A stretch of DNA of 63,792 bases, counting the filler, from Lenisia limosa (Eukaryota; Protista; Breviatea): NCBI GenBank assembly GCA_001655205.1. It is 9 parts of 9 records of this genome, joined end to end, with 100 filler letters (N's around TTAATTAATTAA, not from the genome) between each part and the next. Parts side by side here need not be neighbours in the genome. Positions count along the whole stretch, not along the records: positions 32,271 to 44,393 come from LPNZ01005896.1; positions 44,494 to 57,315 come from LPNZ01011456.1; 7 more parts are not named here. The stretch is one strand, 5' to 3'. Positions within the stretch are counted from its first letter, which is position 1. Each line of letters opens with the position of its first letter. Below are positions 40,701 through 52,300 of this stretch, piece by piece. The position numbers and the translations under genes were made by a program. The notes beneath the pieces are model-generated. The model was not told the DNA's origin. It saw nothing but the letters and a program-made list of their open reading frames with translations, and ran no database searches.

Positions 40701-43700
40701 TGTCCCGAACGCGGCTTGGGTGTTGGACTGTCTTTGGGATTGCAGCATTGTCTTTTCAGTCAGAATAGAGAAATTGAAGAATCTCAAATAGAGTATTTTT
40801 ATCCGGACTGACACCGAAAGCACAATATACAAAAGATACAAAAAAAATTAAACCTCTTCATCAAACAAAAGCAGCCCACATAAAATACAAGAGTCAGCGC
40901 TTCAGCCGGAATATCTGCCACGCGATGAATAACCCCAAGGAAGTCTGTGTGAGAGAGAAGTCCATCTGGAGGCTGAAAAGTGAGTCTCACCCGATTTCTC
41001 TTGTAGCTTACTGCTTTCTTCCGCCAAATTTTCTGGATTTCAGACAGATCACTAGCAGTCAAAAGGGCCACAGACTTTATCACTCTTTTTGGCGGTTCTG
41101 AAGGTCAGAGGGCTCTGGGTATGGAGCTTGGCAAGGTAGAGGGAAGATTAATATTCTGAAAAACAAGATAACGTCGACGGAATAATGACCTATCTTCAGA
41201 TTACGTAGACAGAATAATGACCTCTTCAGAGACTAATCCTACCTGATTTAGGCTTAGGCTTCGTTTTCACGTCAGCGGCTCGTGGGGTCTCAACATCGGG
41301 TACCTGAAAAATAAGAGGAAGGGATGAAACACAAAAATTACCTCAGATCCGCCTTCAGGTACAACCGTTTCCTCGTCAAGTATGGTGGGCTAAACAGAGG
41401 AGTTACAGAGGGCTGAATAAGAAAGTGCAACAAAATAGCATGAAATGTCACAAAGAAGCAGCAAATAATCGACTCACTGTTGTGTCGTTTGGAGGAAGTT
41501 CAACAGAAGCTTCAATTGGGACTACAGAATGAGAGCACTTGACCAAGCCAATACTTTCTTCACAAGGCTTTGTCATCTCCTCTTGTGGTTTATCTTGCAC
41601 AGCTGCAACAATTTCAGGCTCCTAAGCTGGTAAGTGTTGATTCATCAGATTGCCTACCACTTTGGCGGCTTCTTGCATGACATTGGGAGTGAGGTCGAGA
41701 AATGAAGCATCATTGGCAATCCATGCATTTTTTTTCCTATTGTCTTTGATAGTGATCGTTATTGCTGTCGGAACTGATGCGATGAAACAGACAAAGATCC
41801 TTACCATTCAAAATATTCCGAGCTGCTGCCGAAGGCATAAACGGAATTTCTGTCACTTCTGTTTGGGGGGTCTGCGATTCTTCATTCTTGAAGGTCAATG
41901 GTATTAGGCATTATGTCGTAACATTTTAGTAATGATCTTAAATTGAGTTACTGTTTTGTGTTCTTAACTCGCTGCTTACTTCACTGTCACTGTCCAGCGT
42001 GGTAGTTCGGGCAATGTTGCCGCTGATCACAGAGTACAGAAAGTCCTACATACACATGAACGGATTTGGCTGGGTGCCTACCTGAGACCCCCAAAGGGTG
42101 AGGCCTCGCTCGTCTAAGATATCTTCTTTGCTAGGTGGGCAGAGGCCCGCGGCCAAGGCATAGCTGGCAAGGGACTGCAGAATTGCGGCGGATGATAGCA
42201 AGGCTCGTGAACCTTTGTCGTAAAAGGAACTTATAAAACCATTCCATCTACGACATCTACAAACCTGGGAGTTCAAGCATGCGCAAAAGAGTTTCTTTAG
42301 GTACTTTATTGAACTGAGTGCCTGAACTCTCCTTTTTCTAACAAATAGTAAATGAGCTCGGAAGATGGTAAAAAGACATTGAAGGAAAAAAAGCTGAATT
42401 ACACTCATTCTTATCAATATTGTAGTCATTTTTTAGCGCACCAGTTTTCTTTTTCCTGAGGGTGGTTTGGATGCGCGTGGGGTGACAGATCTTGAGCGTG
42501 AAGCTGTGCGTGAAGCTGTTGTATGAGGGCGCGGCCGTCTTTCCTGTGCTGACTGCGGACGAATACCTACAAAAGTGACCTTTTCAACAGCAGTTCAGGA
42601 TGAAGAATGGCTAACTTTTAGCTGAAGAGGAGACCGCTCGAGCACGGGGGCCTAAGGCAGACTGCGGACGTGGCTTAGCTTCTTGGCCAACCACTTTCTT
42701 GGTCCTGAACAATAACAAGACTGCAGCAATCAATATGCGTAACAAATAAACAAGTCCATTTCTTTTGCACTACCACAACCCTGGCACCTTGGCGTTCTTG
42801 AAGGAGCAGAAGAGGGGCGGGCTGAAGGTGGTCTTGGTACGGGAGCTGAGATTGAACGTTTAGTATCGGGAGTATGAATGCGTGGTGGCAGGTGCTGGCT
42901 TCTCGAGTGTGGCGCTTGCTTCTTCAGGCCTCGGCTTGTTGTCAGGCTCTTAGACTGCTCAATGGCTTGTGTTCCGTAGAATTCGATGCGTTGTGCTGAC
43001 ACAATTCCGGGTTGAGCAGGCACTGACGGTGGGGACTGTGGGCGGACAGAAGCCTTCGGAGGCGGGACAGCCATTTGGTTGGTGTGGAGAAAGGATGCCA
43101 GGTCCGGTATACTTACTGGCTTTCGCTTACTGTTCCATGTCATTGAATCCTAGTTCATGAGAGGAAAATAAAGAATTACGTCAGAGAATTATGACCACTA
43201 ATTCCTAAATAAGAAATGATAAAATGTTTGTGCTCACCATAAGGTCCATGAAGTAAGTAAGAAAGGATATTGTAACCTGCTTCTAGAACACCGCCAAATA
43301 TACCCGGTATGACTCAATACAGCAAAGGAAGTCCCAACATTCAAGTGATATCCACCCCGTGACCCACTCGAGAGGAAGTGGGCCTTCTTCGCTGCCTGAT
43401 ATGCGGACGTTCGTTGACTATACCAAACTCCATGATACCTGGCGGCGGATTCGGGTCGCAAGGAGGACTTGGCTCTTGGTACGGCTGAAACGGAGGAGGT
43501 GAATATCTTGGGGGCTGTGACGAGGGGGTTGGAACAGAAACTGTGGATGAATTAAAATAACGCGAGGACATGGGGGTTTGCTGGGCGTAGGGGATGGATC
43601 GGAACACTTTCGGCGCTTCCGGAGCAGTTAAAGAAAGCTCGGATATTGATGTTACCATGTCCGGTCGAAGAAACTGACTGGGATCCTGCGGCACCATCTG

Positions 43701-43919
43701 TGAGGTAGACAGGAAGCCAGAAACATGGTTAGTTGGAGAGGTGGGCTCCTGTGGATTCAGTGGAGACAGAGGAAAACCCTGTGATCCTTCTGATGCCGAC
43801 TGACTTAACGAGTCACTTGAGCTCACAGCAAGGTCTTCAAGACCAATGTTAGGCATGTTTCCTTGGTCGTTGCACGGCATAGTCCAATGCGATGCCAATT
43901 CAGGCTCGGGAAGATCCAT
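34720..43919 (-). CDS. Large WD40-repeat protein with disordered RPxSA-rich N-terminus and EF-hand-like segment (WDR49/WDR64-like architecture); may be more than one gene
   Basis: LVSAGRDSTLKFWDI (~40100), YAVGTVDGTVALIN, AHTSPCTK...FVTSGQDGQCSVW, FLGVIHRVADIPAEALTLVF. Confidence 0.6.
39624..39720. mobile_element. hAT-type MITE, family A (best copy)
   Basis: TIR TAGGGCTTCACTTCGGTT...AACCGAAGTGAAGCCCTA with perfect 8-bp TSD GTCATAAT on both sides. Confidence 0.9.
39964..40099. repeat. 34-bp x4 tandem minisatellite at a WD40 exon/donor junction
   Basis: TTGAACCCACTTGCATGTGGTGATATCCCAAAAC four times head-to-tail, with single-base differences and no spacers. Confidence 0.95.
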
Positions 43920-44599
43920 TGTTGCGCCATGAGTTGAGAGGACTGATGACTTCGTTTGAACTTTTCTGGCATGCCGACGTCGCGAAAGGACAACAAGGCC
44001 CTCCGTCTAAATATTTCATTTTTTTAAAAAAAACAATGATTTTAGCGGAAAAGATAACTGGAAAACAAGAAAAGTTAACACAACGAACCTCAGGAAAATC
44101 TGAAATCATGGCTTTCTTCAATTAATACTTGAGGCCTCCTGACGAATGCTTGTCAAATATTCGACAAAGAAGAAGAATCATATCAGTTTTTTTGTAAAGC
44201 TAAAATGCTTGAATGCTTTAATTCAGTAAAATATTCGTAAAATAACAATTGGACAAAGGGAGGGAGAGAAGCTGGAGAGAAGACGATGATAGGGCTGTAG
44301 AGCTGCTGTAGAGCTTGTCGTCACGCGTTGTAGAAGTAGTGTGGTAGTTATGGTTGTTAATAATAGTTCTGGTGGGGGGGTGGGGGGGGGGAGNNNNNNN
44401 NNNNNNNNNNNNNNNNNNNNNNNNNNNNNNNNNNNNNTTAATTAATTAANNNNNNNNNNNNNNNNNNNNNNNNNNNNNNNNNNNNNNNNNNNNCTTTTCT
44501 TATAATCTTCACTCTTACAACTCAAACCAAAAGCATATACTATAACAGTTAAAAATCTAAACAAGTCCCATTCGATATGATCTTCTGGTCACTCCACAG

Positions 44600-47500
44600 G
44601 CCTCAGGAGTCAGCTTACCGCCTATCCGTCGTCTCTCTGAGGAAGCCTTGTCTATATCACTACAGGTCAGCTACTTAGCCAATATGTTTTACAGCGACAT
44701 CGCAGTAATGTACTATATATGATACCATATAATATGGTAATACTATATTAGGACTCCGTGCAATTAATTTTTGAGGAAATAAATTGACAAAATTAGAAAT
44801 AAAAGTACCTGGAAGAGGATTCTCGTTTAATATGTCCTACTTCAAATTTTGAAATTCATTTTTCAATTAATTGCACGGAGCCCTACTCAACACTATATGA
44901 TTTTTGAATTTTAGCAGAATAACTAGGGCTTCACTTCAGTTCGAAAATCCTCGAAAACTATCTATATTTTACGGGTATTATTCGAATCGAAGTGAAGCCC
45001 TAAGTACAAGACCACGCTTTCTTCATCTGAGCAATGCGATATATTTCGGTCCTCACCCCTCAGCTCCGCACCCTGGCATTCTTGAGACGTCTGGCCGTCC
45101 TCTACAGTTCCCTACCAATGTGCCCGTTTCTTCCACGTATCAAGTCCTTCGATTATGTGGTGGACTTCGAGGAAGAGGAGGAGATGGAATGGAGTGACTT
45201 GCCGAATTCATTTGAGTATGCAGCTAAACAAGAAATTGGACATACTATATACAGATATTCAACTGAAAATAGGGTAGGAAAATCGATACATTTGGCGTAT
45301 TGCAAAAAAATGTGTCTGACCACACCCCTTATGCACTCAGTTTCCCATTCCTCCCCCTATATCAACAATAAATGGAGAAAAAAACCCCTCTTGACTATCC
45401 AGCTTTTCTGATGACAACGACAATCTCTACAGCCGACTGAGGGAGAGTTTCATCTTAAGAGACGCCTTCAACCTTCCTGCCCCCAGGGTTCGGGGATAAT
45501 CTTGAATAAGGCTTCACTTCGGTCGAAAAAGACTGGTAAAATATCGGTAGTTTACGAGAAATTCAGTCTTTTTTTTTAAGCTGTGATGCTCCTGTATTAT
45601 CTACCTTATAAAGTCACATACATGTATGTATAGTTAGACAGTTCCAGCCCACTGCCCTTCTTATTTAATGTTGTATACATTATTATTAACACTACCATAA
45701 AAAAAGCAACAAGTGTCATCTCAATAACTGCAATGCACTAATGTCTCCATATCTCATGATATCAGAAGACAGTATATACTGTTGGACTTCACTTCGGTTA
45801 TAAGCCTTCGATAAATATCGATATTTTATCAGTCTTTTTTCGAGCCGAAGGGAAGCGTAGCAGTAGACTATTTCGACTATGTCCTAACAATGTTTTATTT
45901 GTGTTTTACCCCACAGGAAATATTTACCTGGGGCTTCTCAGAGGACTATGATCTGGACCGAACCTTGACATCACCTGAAGTGGGGGGGGGGGGCGATATA
46001 ATACAACTATTCTCGATGAAGCCTAAACTATCAACATTTTTCGTAATTTTCTGGGACAGTAATGTGGAACGATCTTCACATGAGTTACTATATTCTAAAG
46101 ATGAACTCTCACAATGGGGTATTTATTATACCATCTGATATTTTGTGACCCTCCATTCAGGGTGTTGGGCGATTATTGCGCTACTGGACGCGTGAGTGTC
46201 TTGTTGCCGCCGGGAAGGCAGCAGACCCGGGCGCCCTTGTAACTAACGTGGGAGGGAGGGGGGGTGAACAGTTTATTTAAGCAGAACAACTGCAGAAGAA
46301 ATTTTTTTGGGGTTTGATGTATTCTCTTTAGATACAGTATTATTATGACGCTCTCTCTCTCGTTTTTATTTTTTTGCTCGTCATCTTTTGGCAAGTCAAT
46401 TAAGCCTTCAATCCTGGTCAATGGCGAAAGGAAATATTTGTGTGAAGTTGTTCTGAAAAGGTTATCAAAACGAAATTGAAAAAAGCCCCATGGCGGGTTG
46501 TCCCAGCAGATGTTGGCGATCCTTCCCTCCAGCGCTTTCTTGTCTGACTTCATCTTCATCCAGGTTTTTAAGCGAATCGGGTGTTCATATTGATGCTGAT
46601 TGAGATGCCCGGCATGGATAGTAGTAAATAGATGGCATAAACATACAGCGCTGTCAAGATTGTCATGCCAAGACCAAGATTGTTAACCTTTGGCGACTAT
46701 AACAAACTAAAAATCCATGATGAATGTGTCTATGATAAGAAAAATAGAAATAAGAATAGAGTCTGTTCAGACAGTTTCTCCACATTAACAAAAGAAAACG
46801 GGGTATGTACCTTTTCGATCCGATTTCATTCGCCAATCGTGATGACGCTACCATCAATGACCCTTATGATGATCTTTTCTTTCTATGCATTATGCATATC
46901 AGGAAACAATGAAAATGACATTTCAGTTTGATTGCAAGATTATTCAACAAATACCGACACAATATTTCTCAAAGAACTGAACAATCTCGATGATCGACAA
47001 CGAAGTTGGCCTTCTTCAGGTCCATATGAAAAATGCCTCGAGCAGTATATCCCATTGGTGGTGGGAGCAAGTCCATTCTCCCTCGCCTATCATTTGAAAG
47101 CAGCTGTGATTCCCTTTTGATTGAACTCCAAAAAATGAGCTTCGTGTTACGACCATTTGGGCCCTTCCTTCCGTTTCCTTCTCTGTTATTGTTTTACTTT
47201 TCTCTTTGGTTTATTTATGATATGATTGATAATAAGAGTGTTTTTTTTTCTTTTCACAGCCCGTATCCTTCCCAACAATGGACAACAACCCGACTCACTC
47301 CTTCAGAACAGCCAGCTCTTTGTCCCAAGTAATATCAGAATTTCTCCACCTTCTGGTGGGCATTCGGATGCACTTCGTTGGGATCTCTTGGGGGGAAAAC
47401 TTCACTTCGGTTTGAAAAAGACCGGTAAAATATCGATTGCTTTCGAAGAGACTCAGTATTTTTTCGAACTGAAGTGAAGCCCTTCTCGGGGGCAGTGGGG

Positions 47501-49135
47501 TACTTCTTTCATTTTGACAGAGGACAACTTCTCAAAAAGCCAGCTCATGCGTATAATCCCTCACACCCCTCCCACTATTACTTTCCCACCAATGTTCTTC
47601 ATTGAATTTCCTTCGTTTGGTTCCCAAATGATGGGAGGCGGTGCTGCAGAAGCAACTGGCATGGGCTTTGTTTGTTTTATTGTTATCAACTCTCGTGTGT
47701 TGTCAGCGAACAGAGTTGATTTGGCTTTTTTTTATTTCATAAATTTTCCAATTTTACCCCCCCCCCCNNNNNNNNNNNNNNNNNNNNNNNNNNNNNNNNN
47801 NNNNNNNNNNNNNNNNNNNNNNNNNNNNNNNNNNNNNNNNNNNNNNNNNNNNNNNNNNNNNNNNCATCAGACTTCCTGGGAGTTGTCCAGGCCTATATCA
47901 AGGCTAAGTGCAATGAATGCGGACTTGTGAGGGGGAGATAGTTTCGTGAATCGGTTCGAGATATTATATCTGCATCCATCCTTACACTACCCCCATGCGG
48001 CGCTGCAGAAGCGAATGGCCTGGGATTTATTTGTTTTTTGTTTCATAAATTTTCCCGTTTTACTCCCCCGCTCCCCCCAGATCCCCGAAAGACCAGGAAT
48101 CTGCCTGCTCTGTCGGCAGATTATCTGTGTTGGCTCTGATTGCTGCACCAAAAACGGCCAGGCTGAGGCGTTTAGAGTAGGCGGGGGGGGGGGGNNNNNN
48201 NNNNNNNNNNNNNNNNNNNNNNNNNNNNNNNNNNNNNNNNNNNNNNNNNNNNNNNNNNNNNNNNNNNNNNNNNNGAAGCCTGAAGTAGATTGGTGCATAA
48301 AGAAGCTATCTGGGCATCACATTTCTAGTGTATTAAGCATATATTTCTAGTGTATTTAGCGTATATTTCTAATCCTTTCAGCACGCTGAGGTCTGTGGAG
48401 GCGGTCAGTGCATATTCCTGCTGATTAAGTTGGGGGGGGGGGTTGTTTAGGAATGGTTTTAATTCCATTATGTATGTCAATAATTTCTAAATAGTAAAGT
48501 TGATACTTACCAAATATAGGGGCTCGTCAGTCATTGCTCTTCGGTCTCATCGGCTCAGTACCCTTGGCATTTACCTGGATACCCATGGAGAGGTGGGGGT
48601 CGCTTTTAGAATGAGTTGAGGAGATTGTTGTCTTCTGTCATCTTTTCTTCGAATCAAATAGTATGATTTGAGATGAGTATCACAGTTAGAATAGCCTCGG
48701 TTTCAGAGGTGTGCTACTTCATAATCTGAGAGTAAAAAAGCATTCTTGTTAACATCTATGGACAAACACCAGGGGTCCACCATCAACCCTTGATGAGTAA
48801 CATGGGCATATTCCTTATCATATGGTTTATTTTGAATCAATCAATAAACATGACATTAGCAATGAGAAATAATAAACAAGGTTGTATCGGCCGAAGTCGT
48901 CCACACCATCACGTTTAGAGATATTGGATGATAGTATAATGCTAATTCACCATACAATGTAGCATGAGCATATCCCTCATATGATTTATTTTTATCCAAT
49001 CAACAAATATGACATAATATTTGACCATACAGGAGGACCACGATCTACAGCGAGGCAATCCGCTCACTCTCAATCAGCTGCGACTTGACCAGGTAGGGGG
49101 GATCGAGGTGGTGGAATATGCTTTACCAGATCTGA
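44600..49135 (+). CDS. UBR1/UBR2/UBR3-type N-recognin E3 ligase, C-terminal part; 5' truncated
   Basis: LAFLRRLAVL, CNECGL|IPERPGICLLCRQIIC...CC, HAEVCGGGQCIFL, YLDTHGE|EDHDLQRGNPLTLN. Confidence 0.85.
44749..44885. mobile_element. MITE family C
   Basis: TAGGACTCCGTGCAATTAATT...AATTAATTGCACGGAGCCCTA; second copy at 24520-24661. Confidence 0.65.
44924..45002. mobile_element. MITE family A copy (internally shortened)
   Basis: Both TIRs present; flanks match 5/8. Confidence 0.8.
47399..47483. mobile_element. MITE family A copy
   Basis: CTTCACTTCGGTTTG...GAACTGAAGTGAAGCCCT with the conserved internal ACCGGTAAAATATCGAT. Confidence 0.75.
47638..47767 (+). repeat. Intronic 3'-splice-site-associated element, family D (fullest copy)
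   Basis: GCTGCAGAAGC..GGC.TGGGCTTTG..ATCAAC..GTGTGTTGTCAGC.AACAG.GTTGAT..TTTCATAAATTTTCCAATTTTA-poly(C). Homologues at 20709, 47997, 57210, 29030, 52015, 63444, 22990. Confidence 0.8.
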
Positions 49136-49335
49136 TATGATCTGATGACCGACTTTCGAGTCGAAATTGAAAGAAGAACTGTGTGTGGCTTAGGAGTTCA
49201 ATTTTGTACTTTCCGGGTACGATATTGTGGGAGTGTAGTATTTTAGTAAGGCTGTTTTGTTCTTAAACCCTCTTGTGTTGCTATAGCCAATAGAGATTGG
49301 GCCTCTTTTATGTTTCACAAATGTTCCATTCACCT

Positions 49336-52300
49336 TCATCCCTCTCCGCAGCTGACAAGGCTTTTCATGACGCACGGTCTCGATTCTGATACCCGAATTC
49401 TCGAGCGAACAACCTGCCAAGCCTCAGCAGTGTAATGGTCAATTTTACTAGTGTTTGATATGTTTTATTATTATTTCTATGCGTTGTTTTTATTTTGGGA
49501 TTTATATAAATGATTTCTATTTTTCATGTTTGTTCCTTTCGAATTTCCACAGAAATAAATTATACATAAAAGTACAAAAAATAATAACAGAAGAATAAAA
49601 GAGAAAATCAAACAACACCACAAGACGAGAGAAGAAGGGACTCATCTGAACTATTGACCATTCCACTCGACCTTCCATCCCCGCCATCTGCCTTGCCATT
49701 TCACCTCAACAATCTACGCAAATTAGAGTGAAGGGAAAGAATGTTGCTTTTACAAAAAAAAATGAAAGGAGTTTTAGAGTGTATAAATGCACCAATTAAT
49801 TGAAGGAAGAAAAATACAAATACACTCTGGTCAGCATTGATTAGTGCAAGGGTTAAAATGGATAAAGAGCATCACTCAAAAGTCCAACAAACCATGGGGC
49901 AAGTCACCAGGTTATCCACAAGGGACGCTTGAAAGCGAGGGGGGCTGTAGATGCCATTAGCAGCGGACCCGAGGCGCCAAACAGACGTACCCGAGGTGAG
50001 GGCTGATATCGGGGTACTTAGGACTGCCGGGGACTAGGGGGGGGGTAATGAGAAAGTGAAAGGAAGAATGAAAGAAAGAAGAAGGGAAGACTCAATNNNN
50101 NNNNNNNNNNNNNNNNNNNNNNNNNNNNNNNNNNNNNNNNNNNNNNNNNNNNNNNNNNNNNNNNNNNNNNNNNNNNNNNNNNNNNNNNNNNNNNNNNNNN
50201 NNNNNTGAAGAGAAATGCTAAACTCAGCTAATGGTTTGGCTGAGAAGGTGAGTGGAATACTATTTTGGGTGAATATGAAAAAAAATTAAAAAAAATTTAA
50301 AAAAAAAAGTACAAATAAACTCAAGAATGAGACATTCAGTCTTTTTTGGACAACAATGAAGCCAATGGCATACCCAGGATTTTGGAGTTGTCAATGGAAA
50401 CAGATTGGTTNNNNNNNNNNNNNNNNNNNNNNNNNNNNNNNNNNNNNNNNNNNNNNNNNNNNNNNNNNNNNNNNNNNNNNNNNNNNNNNNNNNNNNNNNN
50501 NNNNNNNNNNNNNNNNNNNNNNTCGCTTCGATCCCAAAAAAAGACTGAATTTCTCGATGAATCCTCGATTAATACCGATATTTTACCTGTCTTTTTCGGA
50601 CCGTAGAGAATCCCTAGTTATAAGGCACAAGTAATCGCAAGCAAATGGAAAGGTGTGCGTGGCAATGTGGTTGAGAGAAAACTAATCAAAACTAATCAAC
50701 CCTCACCCTTCCTCCCAAATAGCTCACCTTGGAAAACTCGAGATTGTGGGCATCTTTATTGAAGAGGTCGGGGGAGAGGATTGCCCAAAACTACAGATAT
50801 GTAATAAGTATTTTGACAGCAACAATATGTGGTGATAAACAGAATATCTTATATTATATAGCAATGAGAAATATAATAACAAGGTAACACCATATTACAG
50901 CCAGCTACCTTGAGATTGAGAATCGCTTGGGTCACACCGGACGTTTCAGGGTCATACAGGGGATTGCTAGGATATAAGAAAGGGATCAAAATCGTGAAAG
51001 AGGTTGGGTGATCAAATGGAATATTTATGAAACAAGAGAACATAAATGAAAAGCTGTTGTGTTTTTTGGAAAATTGATTCTGGCCCAAGATTTGGGTCAA
51101 AATCACAACCATTTGTTAACTAACGAGTGCATGAAAACAGTTGCTAAGGTAATGAAATAGCAGCTTTATACAACCACAACCGAGCGGTACGACTTGAACT
51201 CCACCAATATACATATTATTGCACTCCTTCACACTTCCTCTCTCTCTCTCTTTCCCACAAAATTTCCTTCACCCGTCATTTGGACTTCACTTCGGTTCGA
51301 CAAAAGACTCATTTCTTGATAAATCCTCGAACACTATCGATATTTTACCGGTCTCTTGTAAACCGTAATGAAGCCCTAACCATCATGCACCCCCCNNNNN
51401 NNNNNAACGCCGCCATTTGACAACCGCTGAGCCAACACTGCAAAAGGTCAGCTTAATCAAAACTGCAAAAGGTCAACTTAATCAGAACGGGGTGGTACAC
51501 ACAATAAGTACATAACCCCATTGAATCGATACTGTCTGTTAAAATTTACCCTGTTNNNNNNNNNNNNNNNNNNNNNNNNNNNNNNNNNNNNNNNNNNNNN
51601 NNNNNNNNNNNNNNNNNNNNNNNNNNNNNNNNNNNNNNNNNNNNNNNNNNNNNNNNNNNNNNNNNNNNNNNNNNNNNNNNNNNNNNNNNNNNNNNNNNNN
51701 NNNNNNNNNTTTTGATCCTAGTTTCAACAGAGATTTTACTCTTTTTGAACTTAATTTCAACAGAGACTTTACTCTTTTTGGTCTTTACTCTTTATGATTG
51801 ATCCATGTTTTAGTGGAGACTTTACTCTTTTTGAACAATATTATCTTTGTGAACAAAGTTTCAACAGACTGTACTAGACTTTACTCTTATTAAATCTAGT
51901 TTCAATAGAGACTTAATGGGAAAACCCACCCAGCCTACAGGGATCGGGTCGTAATTCGCTGACGTCACCCTAGTACCCGCGGGGTAGGTCCGGGCAAAAA
52001 AGGTCCGCACATATCTGGGGGGGGGGGGNNNNNNNNNNNNNNNNNNNNNNNNNNNNNNNNNNNNNNNNNNNNNNNNNNNNNNNNNNNNNNNNNNNNNNNN
52101 NNNNNNNNNNNNNAATATATGAAACAAAAAAGCCTAAATTCAACGAAAGAAGTGAGATAAGCCGCAAATAAAAAAAAAGATGATTGTATATAATAATAAA
52201 CAAATATGTACAACACAAATTGAATCAACAACATATGCCAAAAAGACCACAGTTTCAAACAAATCACTCAACCAGTGGAAACACTAATAGCACAGAGAGT

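Noticed and set aside
47655-47767. Family D as complete GC-AG introner (G|GCATGGG or G|GCCTGGG as donor)
   Set aside because: In the parseable case the true donor is GTGAGG at ~47923, upstream of the element, and homology extends 5' of the GC. The element covers only the 3' part of introns.
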